NCBI GenBank assembly: GCA_977020255.1
Contig: CDROCS010002637.1
Location: 1 to 64,000, forward strand
Direction of reading: 5' to 3'
DNA from: Obrimoposthia wandeli
Lineage: Eukaryota
Length of the DNA stretch: 64,000 nt
Both the position numbers and the translations under genes were made by a program. Shown here in pieces: positions 30,388 to 41,750 of the stretch; positions within the stretch are counted from its first letter, which is position 1; each line of letters starts with the position of its first letter. The notes under the pieces are model-generated. The model ran no database searches. It was not told the DNA's origin and saw only the letters and a list, made by a program, of their open reading frames with translations.

Positions 30388-31233
30388 TTGCAAAATGAAA
30401 AATTGAGCAAACTAGATGAGGTGGCGCAGGCCACCTCAGTGCGTTTGGCGTTATGTGTAGAGTACGTGGGAGAAAAGTACAAGGGATGGCAGCGGCAAAA
30501 CTTTGATAATTTAGCAACGGTGCAGGAGGCGGTTGAGAAAGCCTTGCAAAAAGTCGCCGTGCATCCCGTGAATGTTATATGTGCCGGTAGAACGGACACG
30601 GGGGTTAATGGTACTTATCAAATAATACATTTCGATACCACTGCTGTGCGTCCAGATCGGGCATGGGTATTAGGTACTAATAGTCATTTGCCAGAAGATA
30701 TAGCGATTCGTTGGGCAAAAGTAGTTGATTCGAGTTTTCATGCGCGTTTCTCTGCGCTAGAACGTCGCTATCGCTACCTTATTTATTCTAGTGCGGTAAA
30801 GCCCGCTATTTTAGTAAAAGGAGTGACTTGGACGCGTAAGCCTCTGGATATAGAGGCGATGCAGCGCGGTGCAGCTTATCTGCAAGGTGAGCATGATTTT
30901 ACTTCTTACCGCGCAGTGGCGTGTCAGGCGAAAAGTCCAGTGCGAACTATTCGTAATATAGAAGTGTATCAGTGCGGTCATATTATCGTGTTAGATGTCT
31001 GTGCGAATGCATTTTTGCATCATATGATACGTAACATTGCAGGAGTGCTAATGTCCGTTGGTGCGGGAGAGGCTGAGCCGCAATGGGTGGAGCAAGTTTT
31101 ACAAGCGCGAGATCGTCGAAAAGGAGGGGTGACCGCACCGCCTTACGGACTCTATTTTGTGGACGTGAAATATCCGGAGCAATACGCGCTGCCGGCATCG
31201 CAATTGGGGCCGTTTTTTTTAACGCTTAATTAA
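30388..31233 (+). CDS. truA: tRNA pseudouridine(38-40) synthase
   Basis: CAGRTDTGV, FHARFSALERRYRY, NAFLHHMIRNIAG. Confidence 0.96.
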   Translation: MQNEKLSKLDEVAQATSVRLALCVEYVGEKYKGWQRQNFDNLATVQEAVEKALQKVAVHPVNVICAGRTDTGVNGTYQIIHFDTTAVRPDRAWVLGTNSHLPEDIAIRWAKVVDSSFHARFSALERRYRYLIYSSAVKPAILVKGVTWTRKPLDIEAMQRGAAYLQGEHDFTSYRAVACQAKSPVRTIRNIEVYQCGHIIVLDVCANAFLHHMIRNIAGVLMSVGAGEAEPQWVEQVLQARDRRKGGVTAPPYGLYFVDVKYPEQYALPASQLGPFFLTLN

Positions 31234-31369
31234 CAAAGTATGCTCGAAGAAGTCGCTGGATTAAAGCGGTTCAGCGACGTTATAAATTAATTGAGTTGTT
31301 CGCATGTTGGAGAAATTGCTGTTAGAATTCGCGCTCTGTAAATGAATGTTTAAAGTGACTTTATAATTC

Positions 31370-31990
31370 ATGATCTCAAGAGTAAAAATTTGCGGTATTA
31401 CCCGATTGTCGGACGCGATCAGTGCGATTGATGCAGGTGCTAGTGCGCTAGGTTTTGTTTTTTACCGGCCTAGTCCTCGTTATATTGAACCCGCTATTGC
31501 CGCAGATATTATTAGTAAAATCCCACCTTTTATAACGACTACCGCGCTTTTTGTCGATGAAGATAAAGAGAGTGTGTCGCACATAGTCGAGCTGACAAAA
31601 GTTGATCTGCTTCAGTTTCATGGTGCAGAGACAACCGATTACTGTCAATCATTTTCCAGGCCGTATATCAAAGCACTACGTGTCAATGACACGATTGATA
31701 TCGCTGCGTTAGCGGCTACTTATAGCAGTGCTCGGGCGCTGCTGTTAGATACTTATGTAAAGGGCGTACCGGGGGGGACGGGAGCGAGTTTTAACTGGCA
31801 GTTGATCCCTGTTGCTCTACGTAAAAAAATCATTCTTGCAGGTGGCTTAGATGCATCAAATGTAGCGGGTGCTATTAAATCAATAGCACCTTTTGCAGTT
31901 GATGTTAGTGGTGGCGTAGAAGCTGATAAAGGCATTAAGTCTGCAGAAAAAATTAAAGCATTTATGGACGAGGTAGCGGGTGTTAACTGA
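31370..31990 (+). CDS. trpF: Phosphoribosylanthranilate isomerase
   Basis: [39 protein letters not shown]. Confidence 0.96.
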   Translation: MISRVKICGITRLSDAISAIDAGASALGFVFYRPSPRYIEPAIAADIISKIPPFITTTALFVDEDKESVSHIVELTKVDLLQFHGAETTDYCQSFSRPYIKALRVNDTIDIAALAATYSSARALLLDTYVKGVPGGTGASFNWQLIPVALRKKIILAGGLDASNVAGAIKSIAPFAVDVSGGVEADKGIKSAEKIKAFMDEVAGVN

Positions 31991-33213
31991 TAAAGAATTA
32001 GCGGCATTGAGTCGTTTGCCTGATGAAAACGGGCACTTTGGTCCTTACGGCGGTGTATTTGTTGCTGAAACGTTAATGGATGCGTTACAAGATCTAGATA
32101 AGCTGTATCAACAGATGTCTAATGATCCAGAGTTTCAGCGTGAGTTTGATCGCGATCTTGCTCATTATGTCGGTCGTCCTTCGCCGCTGTATTTTGCTGA
32201 GCGTTTAACGGCCCAAGCTGGTGGTGCCAAAATCTACTTAAAGCGTGAAGATTTAAACCACACAGGTGCGCATAAAATAAATAACACTATTGGTCAAGCA
32301 TTACTGGCCAAGCATATGGGCAAGCCTAGGATAATAGCAGAAACTGGCGCAGGACAGCACGGTGTTGCCTCGGCAACTGTCGCGGCACGTCTAGGCTTGG
32401 AATGCTGTGTTTATATGGGTATTGATGATATCGAAAGGCAGGCGTTAAATGTCTACCGGATGAAGCTACTCGGTGCAAAAGTGATCCCAGTTACCTCGGG
32501 AACTCGTACTCTTAAAGATGCACTTAACGAGGCGATGCGCGATTGGGTTACCAATATCGACAATACCTTCTACATCCTCGGTACTGCAGCAGGTCCGCAC
32601 CCTTATCCTAAGTTAGTACGTGATTTTCAAAGTGTCATTGGCCGTGAAGCTCGTGCGCAGTGTTTAGAGCAAGAAGGTCGACTACCAGATGTTATTATCG
32701 CTTGTGTTGGTGGTGGCTCAAATGCTATTGGTCTGTTTCATCCCTTTATTGAAGATGCCAGTGTACAAATGATTGGGGTTGAAGCCGGCGGACACGGCTT
32801 AGAGACCGGTCAACACGCGGCGCCATTAAATGAAGGTGTGCCCGGGGTTTTACACGGTAATCGCACATATTTGATGAGCGATGAAGCGGGTCAGATTTTA
32901 GGCACTCACTCAGTGTCTGCCGGTTTAGATTATCAGGTGTCGGTCCTGAGCATGCTTGGTTAGAGAATGCGGACGTGCAGAATACACCGCAATTAACGAC
33001 GATGAAGCGCAGGCTGCAATTCGCAAGCTTCCTCAAATTGAAGGTATCATGCCGGCACTTGAATCTAGTCATGCCGTCGCGCAGGGAATGAAAACTGCAG
33101 CGAACATGCGAGCGGATCAAATTGTTATTATCAATCTCTCAGGGCGTGGTGATAAAGACATTCACACGGTGGCAGGCATTGATGGTATTAAATTGCATGA
33201 TGGAGAAATGTAA
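31980..33213 (+). CDS. trpB: Tryptophan synthase beta chain, frameshifted at about 32935-32962
   Basis: [16 protein letters not shown] and AETGAGQHG in ORF 31980..32963; [28 protein letters not shown] in ORF 32956..33213; restoring two single bases gives [18 protein letters not shown]. Confidence 0.93.
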
Positions 33214-34016
33214 TGGGTAGAATTGATCAATGTTTCGCCGCGTTGAAGTTGCAAGGTCGAAAGGCGTTAATTCCATTTGTTACAGCAGGTGATCCTGGAT
33301 TATCTGCCACACTTTCTCTGATGCATACGATGGTTGAAGCGGGTGCTGATATTATTGAACTAGGAGTACCATTTTCTGATCCCTCAGCAGATGGCCCAAC
33401 AATACAGCTTGCGTGTGAACGAGCATTGCTGCAAGGCACGCGCTTAGTAGATGTGTTGAGTTTGGTTAAAGAGTTCCGTCAACGAAATGATACAACGCCT
33501 GTTGTTTTAATGGGGTACCTAAACCCAATAGAGCGCATGGGTTATCAAAATTTTGCCGAGCAAGCTTCAGCTGCAGGTGTTGATGGTGTGTTGACCGTTG
33601 ATCTGCCGCCAATCGAATCAGCCGATTTTGTGCCCGTCATGAAAGCCGCGAATTTAGATATAATCTACTTACTTGCGCCGACCACTACGCAGGCGAGAAT
33701 TGAGCAAATATGCGAGTATGGCTCTGGCTATGTTTACTATGTATCGGTCAAAGGTGTAACAGGTTCAGCCGCTTTAGATGTCGATGAGGTTGCTCGTAAG
33801 TTAGAGCAGATTCGAAGCGAGACAACAATGTCTATTGGTGTCGGTTTTGGGATTAGCGACGGCCCGACAGCGGCAGCTGTTGCCAAAGTCGCAGATGGTG
33901 TAATTGTTGGGTCTGTATTAATAAAGAAAATTGCACAACATCAGCAGGACAGTGTCAAGATGAACGCTGAAGTGGGCGCTGTATTGTCAAGTATGCGCCA
34001 GGCGATGGATGCATAA
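33213..34016 (+). CDS. trpA: Tryptophan synthase alpha chain
   Basis: [45 protein letters not shown]. Confidence 0.96.
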   Translation: MGRIDQCFAALKLQGRKALIPFVTAGDPGLSATLSLMHTMVEAGADIIELGVPFSDPSADGPTIQLACERALLQGTRLVDVLSLVKEFRQRNDTTPVVLMGYLNPIERMGYQNFAEQASAAGVDGVLTVDLPPIESADFVPVMKAANLDIIYLLAPTTTQARIEQICEYGSGYVYYVSVKGVTGSAALDVDEVARKLEQIRSETTMSIGVGFGISDGPTAAAVAKVADGVIVGSVLIKKIAQHQQDSVKMNAEVGAVLSSMRQAMDA

Positions 34017-34105
34017 TAAGTTTATATTTAAGGCGCTAGCGCCCGAGTAGTGCTAGCTGAAAAGATTATTGCCACGTTAGTGGCACAGTAAACAGGTTAA
34101 AGATT

Positions 34106-35062
34106 ATGAGTAACTGGTTCGATAAAATTATACCTTCGTTAACCCGTCCGGAAAAAAAGGGAGCGTCGGTTCCTGAAGGGCTGTGGAAAAAATGCCCAAA
34201 GTGTGAGGCGGTACTTTACCTTCCAGATCTAGAAAATAATTTGAGTGTCTGTACTAAGTGCGATCATCACATGCGTTTGCCTGCTAGAGCGCGCTTGGAA
34301 GGTTTCTTGGATGCGGGTTCGTTTACTGAGATTGCGGCGGACGTTGAGCCTGTCGATCGACTTAAATTCAAAGATTCAAAAAAGTATAAAGATCGCCTGA
34401 GTGGTGCGCAAAAAGCGACAGGGGAAAAAGATGCCCTCATTGCTATGCGTGGTGAAATGAAGGGGATGGATCTAGTGGCTGTCGCCTTTGATTTTCGTTT
34501 TATGGGTGGCTCAATGGGGGCGGTTGTTGGTGAACGCTTCATTCAGGCAGCTAATATTTGTCTGGCCAATAATATTCCGCTAATTTGTTTTTCTGCCTCC
34601 GGTGGAGCGCGTATGCAAGAAGCGCTTATCTCTCTATTTCAGATGGCTAAAACATCTGCGGTATTGGAAAAGATGCGCTTGCAGGGTGTTCCATATATTT
34701 CAGTATTAACAGATCCAGTCTACGGCGGAGTTTCGGCGAGTTTGGCTATGCTTGGCGACTTGAACGTGGCAGAGCCTAACGCGTTGATCGGTTTTGCCGG
34801 TCCGCGTGTAATCGAGCAAACAGTGCGAGAAAAACTACCTGAAGGTTTTCAGCGCTCGGAGTTCTTGTTGAAGCACGGTCAGGTGGATATGATTATTTCG
34901 CGCTTAGAGTTACGCGATAGATTGCATAGCATGCTTTCCATGATGACCCAGCAATTTCAAGTTAGCGGTGAAGTAGAAGTGGCTGAGGAATTAGCTGAAA
35001 CGCCTGTTGAGGATGCTGAAAGTATAGAGCACGCAGCGACAACTGAAGCTACTGAAAAGTAA
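34106..35062 (+). CDS. accD: Acetyl-CoA carboxylase carboxyltransferase beta subunit
   Basis: [12 protein letters not shown] zinc finger, [42 protein letters not shown]. Confidence 0.96.
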   Translation: MSNWFDKIIPSLTRPEKKGASVPEGLWKKCPKCEAVLYLPDLENNLSVCTKCDHHMRLPARARLEGFLDAGSFTEIAADVEPVDRLKFKDSKKYKDRLSGAQKATGEKDALIAMRGEMKGMDLVAVAFDFRFMGGSMGAVVGERFIQAANICLANNIPLICFSASGGARMQEALISLFQMAKTSAVLEKMRLQGVPYISVLTDPVYGGVSASLAMLGDLNVAEPNALIGFAGPRVIEQTVREKLPEGFQRSEFLLKHGQVDMIISRLELRDRLHSMLSMMTQQFQVSGEVEVAEELAETPVEDAESIEHAATTEATEK

Positions 35063-35075
35063 TGATTTTTTAAAG

Positions 35076-35097
35076 AACCGGCGCAGTGCCGGTTTTT
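35076..35097 (+). terminator. Hairpin with U-tract after accD
   Basis: AACCGGC-gcagt-GCCGGTT-TTT. Confidence 0.6.
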
Positions 35098-35111
35098 AAT
35101 GTGATATAGAT

Positions 35112-36395
35112 TTGATGAATACACAAAGTTTTGATTTAGCCCAGTGGTTGCATTGGATGGAGAATAACCATCCGACAGAGATAGAACTTGGTTTGGAGCG
35201 TGTTGGCAGTGTATTTACCAAAATGCAGGTTGATTTGTCTACCACAAAGATAATCACTTTGGCAGGCACTAACGGCAAAGGGACAACGACAGCATTGCTC
35301 GAATCTGTTTACCGCAGCGCCAATTATCGTACGCTTGCTTATACTTCACCTCATCTTATCCGCTATAACGAAAGGGTACGTATAGACGCGGAAGAAGTTC
35401 AAGATCAATTACTAGTTGATGCTTTTTGTGCGATAGATCGAGCGCGTGGCGATATTAGTTTAAGCTACTTCGAAATGGGTACCTTGGCAGCTCTCTGGTT
35501 GGTGGGTCAGATAAAGCCTGATATAGCGCTGCTTGAAGTAGGGTTAGGTGGCCGATTAGATGCAGTTAATATTGTCGATGCCGATGTGGCGGTTATTACA
35601 ACACTTGGAATAGATCACGTTGATTGGCTCGGAGATGATATAGAGCAGATAGGACGTGAAAAAGCAGGTGTCGCGCGTACAGGAAAGCCCTTGGTTTGTG
35701 GCGAATACGCACCGCCTAGCAGCATTGAGCAGTTATGCACGCAAGAGGGTATTTTCCTCTACCAGGCAAAACGAGATTTCATCATTGATGTTAAGCAAAA
35801 TGATTGGTCTTGGCAGGGTCTGGATAATGATGGTAACGCAATAGAATATGCCAAGTTACCTTTGTCAAAACTGCCATTACAAAATGCAGCTACGGCACTT
35901 CAAGCGTTGACGCTGTTAGGGTTGCCGTGTTCGAGAAAGTCGATTGAATTTGGTATCGCAAACGCACGAGTTACAGGGCGGCAACAGAGATTTGACTACC
36001 GTGGCAGCAGTGTGCTGCTTGATGTAGCGCACAATCCACAGTCTGCGGCGTATCTGGCGCAAGAATTGACTGCGCAGAGTCCAAATAAAGATGTACAGCT
36101 TGTGTTAGGTGTATTGGCGGATAAAGACAGTGTGGCATTAGTTGAGGCGCTTAAACCATTAATAGCACACTGGCATTTAGTGACTCTCCATGTTCCCCGT
36201 GGTCAGAGTGCGTTACAGCTTAAACAGGCATTGTTGGATAATTCAATTGATGAAAGTAACATAAGTTGTCATGCAGATATGGAGTGTGCTCTCAGTGAAA
36301 GTGTTAAAGCGGCAGCTAAGAATGATCGTGTACTTGTCGCGGGATCATTTTTTACCGTAAGTGACGCCTTGCTGTTGATTGAAAAGGAAAATTAA
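35112..36395 (+). CDS. folC: Bifunctional folylpolyglutamate synthase/dihydrofolate synthase
   Basis: AGTNGKGTT, YTSPHL..NERVRI, LEVGLGGRLDAVN, LDVAHNP. Confidence 0.95.
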   Translation: MMNTQSFDLAQWLHWMENNHPTEIELGLERVGSVFTKMQVDLSTTKIITLAGTNGKGTTTALLESVYRSANYRTLAYTSPHLIRYNERVRIDAEEVQDQLLVDAFCAIDRARGDISLSYFEMGTLAALWLVGQIKPDIALLEVGLGGRLDAVNIVDADVAVITTLGIDHVDWLGDDIEQIGREKAGVARTGKPLVCGEYAPPSSIEQLCTQEGIFLYQAKRDFIIDVKQNDWSWQGLDNDGNAIEYAKLPLSKLPLQNAATALQALTLLGLPCSRKSIEFGIANARVTGRQQRFDYRGSSVLLDVAHNPQSAAYLAQELTAQSPNKDVQLVLGVLADKDSVALVEALKPLIAHWHLVTLHVPRGQSALQLKQALLDNSIDESNISCHADMECALSESVKAAAKNDRVLVAGSFFTVSDALLLIEKEN

Positions 36396-36405
36396 GGTGA
36401 ATCAA

Positions 36406-36879
36406 ATGGCGAAAAAACAAATCGTTGGAGCGCTAGCGCTGGTTTTTATTGTGATCGTTTTTTTGCCGTTGTTTTTTACAGGTGAGGGTTATAAGGAACG
36501 TCATCTTGTTTCGGCTATACCCCCTAAACCGCAGACTCAGACCTTTCAAAATATAGAGCCTGTGTTAAAACCTCTTAAAGATACCAGTGCACTTGCCCCT
36601 CCTATATCAGGGCAGGACAAAGATGCAGGGCTTGATGTGCAAGGTGTGCCTGTTGCCTGGACGCTGCAGTTGGCAAGCTTTCGCGATGAGGCCAATGCAC
36701 GTGCGCTGCGTAAACAGTTAATTAAAGCAGGTCATAAGGTTTATACGCGTGCCAGCGGAGACATAGTTAAAGTGTATGTTGGGCCTGAGTTAGAAAAGAA
36801 GCGCTTAGAAACGTTAAAGTCAGGTCTTAAAAAAGAATTTGGCCTCGATGGTTTGTTGGTAAGATTTACCACGCAATAA
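36406..36879 (+). CDS. dedD: SPOR-domain cell division protein DedD (ORF track starts 36379)
   Basis: N-terminal TM, WTLQLASFRDEANA SPOR motif, position between folC and cvpA. Confidence 0.85.
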   Translation: MAKKQIVGALALVFIVIVFLPLFFTGEGYKERHLVSAIPPKPQTQTFQNIEPVLKPLKDTSALAPPISGQDKDAGLDVQGVPVAWTLQLASFRDEANARALRKQLIKAGHKVYTRASGDIVKVYVGPELEKKRLETLKSGLKKEFGLDGLLVRFTTQ

Positions 36880-36922
36880 TTTGTTATTCGTACAGTAATG
36901 CTGTCTTTATAGGATATAGAAC

Positions 36923-37435
36923 ATGATGAATTGGGCCGATTGGCTAATTTTGGCTATTTTGCTTATTTCAGCGCTTTTAAGTTTGCGCCGCGGTTTTGTG
37001 AAAGAAGCGCTTTCGCTGGTTACCTGGGTATCTGCCTTTATCGTCGCCAGATTATTCACTGAAGTGCTGGCTGTAGTGTTAGAACCCTACATTGAAACGC
37101 CTTCAATTCGTATTGCTAGTGCTTTTGCTGTGCTATTTATTGCCACGCTGATTGTTGGCGCGCTGGTTGCTAATATTTTTGATATGTTGCTTTCGGCCAC
37201 AGGTTTAAGTGCAACTGATCGAGTGTTGGGAATGGGGTTTGGTGTTGCCCGTGGTGGTCTTGTTGTTGTGGTATTGGTAGCGTTGGCTGCCCAGACGCCT
37301 GCCATAGGTGATCAGTGGTGGGATGAATCACAATTGATACCGCACTTTGTTTTAATGGAGCACTGGACCCGTGAAATAGCCTCTGACGTTGGTCAGTTGA
37401 TTTGGCAGGTTGGAAATCCTGGTGAGCCGGGTTAA
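36923..37435 (+). CDS. cvpA: Colicin V production protein CvpA
   Basis: MNWADWLIL..SLRRGFVKEALSL, DRVLGMGFGVARG; lies just before purF. Confidence 0.93.
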   Translation: MMNWADWLILAILLISALLSLRRGFVKEALSLVTWVSAFIVARLFTEVLAVVLEPYIETPSIRIASAFAVLFIATLIVGALVANIFDMLLSATGLSATDRVLGMGFGVARGGLVVVVLVALAAQTPAIGDQWWDESQLIPHFVLMEHWTREIASDVGQLIWQVGNPGEPG

Positions 37436-37542
37436 TAAATTTTATTCTTTGATCACAGTGGTCAAAGGTGGTGTGCAAGATGTTCTAATTGAACCTTGCG
37501 AATGATGATAACGATAAATTATTAGTCCCCGAGGTGTTTTAA

Positions 37543-39045
37543 ATGTGCGGAATAGTTGGCTTAGTCTCCAAGTCACTGGTTAATCAAACGATCTTTGATG
37601 CGTTGACAGTATTGCAACACCGCGGACAGGATGCTGCAGGAATGGTTACTTGTGAAGGTAATCAATTCCATTTGAGAAAAGATAATGGTCTGGTGAATGA
37701 GGTGTTTCGCACTAGGCACATGAAAAAAATGCTGGGTAATATAGGCATTGGTCATGTGCGTTACCCGACTGCTGGTAGCTCCAGCGCGGCAGAGGCTCAG
37801 CCTTTTTATGTCAACGCACCTTACGGTATCGCACTTGCTCACAACGGTAACTTGACTAATACGGACGTGTTAACAGAAGAGATGAGAGTGACTGATTTAC
37901 GTCATATAAACACGACTTCTGACTCGGAAATTTTGGTTAATATATTGGCGCACGAGTTGCAGCAACTGGGCAAGTTGGTACCTACCCCACAAGATATATT
38001 CAGTGCGGTGGAAAAAGTACATCAGCGCATCAAAGGTGGTTATGCTGTCGTCGCTGTTATTACTGGTTTCGGTGTGTTGGCTTTTAGAGATCCTAATGGC
38101 GTTAGACCCTTAATATACGGTTTGCGACAGACTGAACAGGGTCAAGAGGCTATGGTTGCTTCGGAAAGCGTTGCGCTTGATATTTCTGGCTTCAAGCGTG
38201 AGCGCGATGTGGCTCCAGGGGAGGCTATCTTTATCGATCTTGATGGCAATGTACACAACCAGCAATGCGCTAAAAATACCCAGCTGAATCCGTGTTTGTT
38301 TGAGCAAGTCTATTTTGCTCGTCCAGACTCTGTGATCGATGGTATCAATGTACACAAGGCGCGTATGCGCATGGGTGTAAAGCTGGCTGAGCGCGTTAAA
38401 GCAGAGCGTCCTGATCATGATATAGATGTGATTATACCAATACCTGATACGAGTCGTACCTCTGCCCTAGAAATGGCTAAGCAGCTTAAAGTGACTTTTC
38501 GTGAAGGGTTTATTAAAAATCGCTATATAGGCCGAACCTTTATAATGCCAGGTCAAACTGAGCGTAAAAAATCTGTGCGCCGCAAGCTTAATCCGATTGA
38601 GTCGGAGTTTAAGGGTAAGGTTGTGATGTTGGTTGATGATTCTATCGTACGTGGAACCACCTCTAAGCAAATTTTGCAGATGGTGCGAGATGTAGGGGCT
38701 AAAAAAGTATACTTCGCATCAGCTGCACCACCAGTACGACATCCAAACGTTTACGGTATAGATATGCCATCACCTCATGAGTTTATTGCGCACAATCGCA
38801 CTGAGCAAGAAATTGGCGAGGCAATAGGCGCCGATTGGATGTTGTATCAGCATTTGGATGACTTAAAAGATGCAGTGGCAGGTGATCAAACGTTTGAGAA
38901 CTTTGAGACGTCTGTGTTTGATGGCCTTTATGTCACAGGTGATATTGATGCCGCGTACTTGAGTCGTATCGACGCCAAGCGTAATGATGCAGCAAAAGTT
39001 GACGTCGCTGATGACGATGAGCCTGAAGACGACGCTGACGAGTAA
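37543..39045 (+). CDS. purF: Amidophosphoribosyltransferase
   Basis: MCGIVG Ntn Cys, [31 protein letters not shown]. Confidence 0.97.
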   Translation: MCGIVGLVSKSLVNQTIFDALTVLQHRGQDAAGMVTCEGNQFHLRKDNGLVNEVFRTRHMKKMLGNIGIGHVRYPTAGSSSAAEAQPFYVNAPYGIALAHNGNLTNTDVLTEEMRVTDLRHINTTSDSEILVNILAHELQQLGKLVPTPQDIFSAVEKVHQRIKGGYAVVAVITGFGVLAFRDPNGVRPLIYGLRQTEQGQEAMVASESVALDISGFKRERDVAPGEAIFIDLDGNVHNQQCAKNTQLNPCLFEQVYFARPDSVIDGINVHKARMRMGVKLAERVKAERPDHDIDVIIPIPDTSRTSALEMAKQLKVTFREGFIKNRYIGRTFIMPGQTERKKSVRRKLNPIESEFKGKVVMLVDDSIVRGTTSKQILQMVRDVGAKKVYFASAAPPVRHPNVYGIDMPSPHEFIAHNRTEQEIGEAIGADWMLYQHLDDLKDAVAGDQTFENFETSVFDGLYVTGDIDAAYLSRIDAKRNDAAKVDVADDDEPEDDADE

Positions 39046-39077
39046 TTTTTTATTGGCTATTGCTGTTAGTTATATAT

Positions 39078-39108
39078 AGCGCCAGTGAGTCCTCTTGCTG
39101 GCGTTTTT
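39078..39108 (+). terminator. Intrinsic terminator after purF
   Basis: GCGCCAG..CTGGCGT stem followed by TTTTGTTTTT. Confidence 0.65.
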
Positions 39109-39265
39109 GTTTTTAGAAACTGGAAATCGATCTGTAATTATGACGAAGGCCAGTACTTTGTTTTCAAGATATTCGATAGAGATTGTAGTAGCAGGTGGCT
39201 TTCGCTTTTAGGTTTGCGGTTGTATCTGGTGTTGGGGTATCTGGGACTTTAATGGGTAGAATGTA

Positions 39266-40234
39266 ATGTCTAATATTATGCTGGCTCCGATGGAGGGTGT
39301 GGTTGACGCTAATATGCGTCGACTTTTAACCTCGATAGGTGGAATTGACCAGTGTGTTACTGAATTCGTACGTATAACCAGCCAGCCGCTACCAGAGCGT
39401 GAATTGCTGAGAATGGTGCCAGAGCTACAAAGCGGAGGAAAAACGGATAGCGGCGTGCCTGTTATTGTTCAGTTTCTAGGCAGTGATGCTCAAATGATTG
39501 CACATAGTAGCTTGAATGCAGTCGCGCTGGGGGCGCTAGGTATTGATCTCAATTTTGGTTGCCCCTCTAAAACAGTTAATAAACATCGGGGTGGAGCGGT
39601 GTTACTTGATGAGCCGCAAACTATCCATGATATCGTAAAAGCCGTTCGCCAAGTTGTACCGCCACATATACCGGTATCGGCTAAAATGCGCTTGGGTAAT
39701 AAGGATAAATCACTGGCGGTAGACAATGCGCAGGCGATAGAGAGTGCAGGTGCTAGTTCGCTAGTTGTGCACGCCCGAACCAAAGTGGAAGGTTATCGCC
39801 CGCCCGCGCACTGGCACTGGATAGCGCAGATTAAACAGGCGGTAACGCTACCGATTATTGCCAATGGCGAAATTTGGAATTGGCAAGATTACCAGCTCTG
39901 TCGAGAAGCGAGCGAGTGTGAAGATGTCATGATTGGCCGAGGCATACTGGCTAACCCGTCACTAGCATTACAGATAAAGCAGAATTTATCTGGGGATGAA
40001 TCGATGGCTTTTAGTTGGGCTCAAGTTATACAGCTTGTGACACAGTATTATGAGGTGGTGAGGCTGCAGCTACCGCCGCGCTGTGTCAACGGTCGGGTCA
40101 AGCAGTGGTTGAACATGATGCGTAAGCACAGTCCTCATGCACAGCTCTTATTTGATAAAGCGAAACGAGTGACTGAATTAAATGATATGACACTGCTGTT
40201 AGAAAATGAGTATCAACTGGCGCTGAAGCTATGA
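39266..40234 (+). CDS. dusC: tRNA dihydrouridine synthase, DusC-type
   Basis: LAPMEGVVD, CVTEFVR, IDLNFGCPSKTVN, VSAKMRLG, VHARTKVEGYRPPAHW. Confidence 0.9.
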   Translation: MSNIMLAPMEGVVDANMRRLLTSIGGIDQCVTEFVRITSQPLPERELLRMVPELQSGGKTDSGVPVIVQFLGSDAQMIAHSSLNAVALGALGIDLNFGCPSKTVNKHRGGAVLLDEPQTIHDIVKAVRQVVPPHIPVSAKMRLGNKDKSLAVDNAQAIESAGASSLVVHARTKVEGYRPPAHWHWIAQIKQAVTLPIIANGEIWNWQDYQLCREASECEDVMIGRGILANPSLALQIKQNLSGDESMAFSWAQVIQLVTQYYEVVRLQLPPRCVNGRVKQWLNMMRKHSPHAQLLFDKAKRVTELNDMTLLLENEYQLALKL

Positions 40235-40237
40235 CCC

Positions 40238-40816
40238 TTATATAGGAGAAACTCCTTTAGCGCGCAGCATTTTTAGTAGCTCTATTAGAGGAAGTCCAAT
40301 CAGGCTGTTGAAATCATTTCCTTCGAGCTTTTCGAATAAACTGATGCCTAATCCTTCTACTTTAAAGCTGCCTGCACAATGTAGCGGTTGTTCTCGCTCA
40401 ACATAGGCTGCTATTTCAGCGCTTGTGAGGTGGCGAAAATGCACTTTATAGATCACATCTTTGCATTGGTAGCTGTTATCTTTGCTATCAAAAAGACACA
40501 GCCCTGTGTGAAAAGTGACGGTATTACCAGAGCAGAGCGCCAATTGCTGGCAGGCTTTCTCTGTTGATAACGGTTTGCCAAGCATTGTATCTGCTATCGA
40601 GGCGCTTTGGTCGCTTCCAATGATTAGCGAGTTTGGGTGAGAGAGGGCGACTTTTTTACATTTTTCTACCGCCAATCGCTGCACCATTTCACTGATGCTC
40701 TCATCTGGGATTTTACTTTCGTCGATCTCTGGTGAGTAACATTGATAGGGTAGTTGTAATGTATCGAGCAGGCGCTGTCGGTAAATTGAGCTGGAGGCTA
40801 AAATTAAATTCTTCAT
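40238..40816 (-). CDS. Maf family nucleotide pyrophosphatase (YceF-like)
   Basis: LILASSSIYR, IIGSDQ, CAGSFKVEGLGISLF, LIGLPLI; divergent from yceD. Confidence 0.92.
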   Translation of the reverse strand: MKNLILASSSIYRQRLLDTLQLPYQCYSPEIDESKIPDESISEMVQRLAVEKCKKVALSHPNSLIIGSDQSASIADTMLGKPLSTEKACQQLALCSGNTVTFHTGLCLFDSKDNSYQCKDVIYKVHFRHLTSAEIAAYVEREQPLHCAGSFKVEGLGISLFEKLEGNDFNSLIGLPLIELLKMLRAKGVSPI

Positions 40817-40956
40817 GAGCGGGTATGCACTTTTTGCTTTATCAGATTAAGGGCTGTTCGTAGAGATGGATTAAGCGTAAACTATACGCGATTTTTAATG
40901 GGAAACCTATGTTTCCCTTTGACACAATGGCCTGTTGGCCCTAGAATTACGCGCTT

Positions 40957-41484
40957 ATGTCGAATGAGAAGTTGCCCAGGTATGTTAATCCGCGGAAATT
41001 AGCGGATAAAGACATACAATTAGAGGGTACAGTTAGCGTCACTACCATGACGCAATTTGCTCCAATGCTGCAATCTGCAGATGTTGAAGTGTTTACAAAA
41101 TTGAAATTTTCAACGGATGAGTTGAGGATAAGAACGATAAAGGGAACGGCTCACGCCTGTGTTCAAGTGCAGTGTCAGCGCTGTCTCAATCCGGTCGATG
41201 TGAATGTTGAAGCCGAATTGAATCTAGCGGTGGCCTACAGTGAAGAACGTGCTGAGAAGTTGCCGGGATATTATGACCCTCTGATTGTAGAGGAAGATGA
41301 TGTCGAATTATCGCCTTTGATTGAACAAGAAATGATACTTAGTTTACCTATCGTTTCGTATCACGCCGATTGCAATATTCAAACCAATTTTGGTGATGGA
41401 GATCCAGCGGACAATTCGGAAGCTGAAAAACCAAATCCATTTAGTATCTTGGCCGGCTTAAAGGGCAAGATCGCAAAGAAATAA
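40957..41484 (+). CDS. yceD: YceD family protein (DUF177)
   Basis: CQRCL, LIEQEMILSLP, NPFSILAGLK; precedes rpmF. Confidence 0.92.
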   Translation: MSNEKLPRYVNPRKLADKDIQLEGTVSVTTMTQFAPMLQSADVEVFTKLKFSTDELRIRTIKGTAHACVQVQCQRCLNPVDVNVEAELNLAVAYSEERAEKLPGYYDPLIVEEDDVELSPLIEQEMILSLPIVSYHADCNIQTNFGDGDPADNSEAEKPNPFSILAGLKGKIAKK

Positions 41485-41506
41485 GTTATCTTAGGAGTTA
41501 CACAAA

Positions 41507-41686
41507 ATGGCAGTACAGAAAAGTAAGAAATCACGCTCACGTCGTGATATGCGTCGTTCACACGATGCGCTAAAAGGTCCAACATTGAGCGTTGATGCGA
41601 CTACAGGTGAAACTCACCGTCGTCATCACATGACAGCTGACGGTATGTACCGTGGTCGTCAAATTACATTACCAACCAGCGTGTAA
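41507..41686 (+). CDS. rpmF: 50S ribosomal protein L32 (59 aa; absent from the ORF track)
   Basis: My translation: [59 protein letters not shown]; AGGAG RBS. Confidence 0.97.
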   Translation: MAVQKSKKSRSRRDMRRSHDALKGPTLSVDATTGETHRRHHMTADGMYRGRQITLPTSV

Positions 41687-41703
41687 TTGCTGTTTGGCTA
41701 CAG

Positions 41704-41750
41704 CTTGCTGTGGTTGATGTAGGGTGGGGGCTTCGGTCCCCATCAGTTCC
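41704..41750 (+). pseudogene. Probable relic of the plsX 5' end, overlapping a cUUCGg hairpin (41723-41744)
   Basis: GTT GAT GTA G GGT GGG GGC TTC GGT CCC CAT reads VDV-GGGFGPH, aligning to PlsX IAxDAMGGDFGP, at the position where plsX normally follows rpmF. Confidence 0.5.

Noticed and set aside
7195-33000. Programmed frameshifting or stop readthrough in acnB and trpB
   Set aside because: Junctions need several independent indels, lack slippery-site or stimulator structure, and fall in conserved motifs; sequencing error is more parsimonious.
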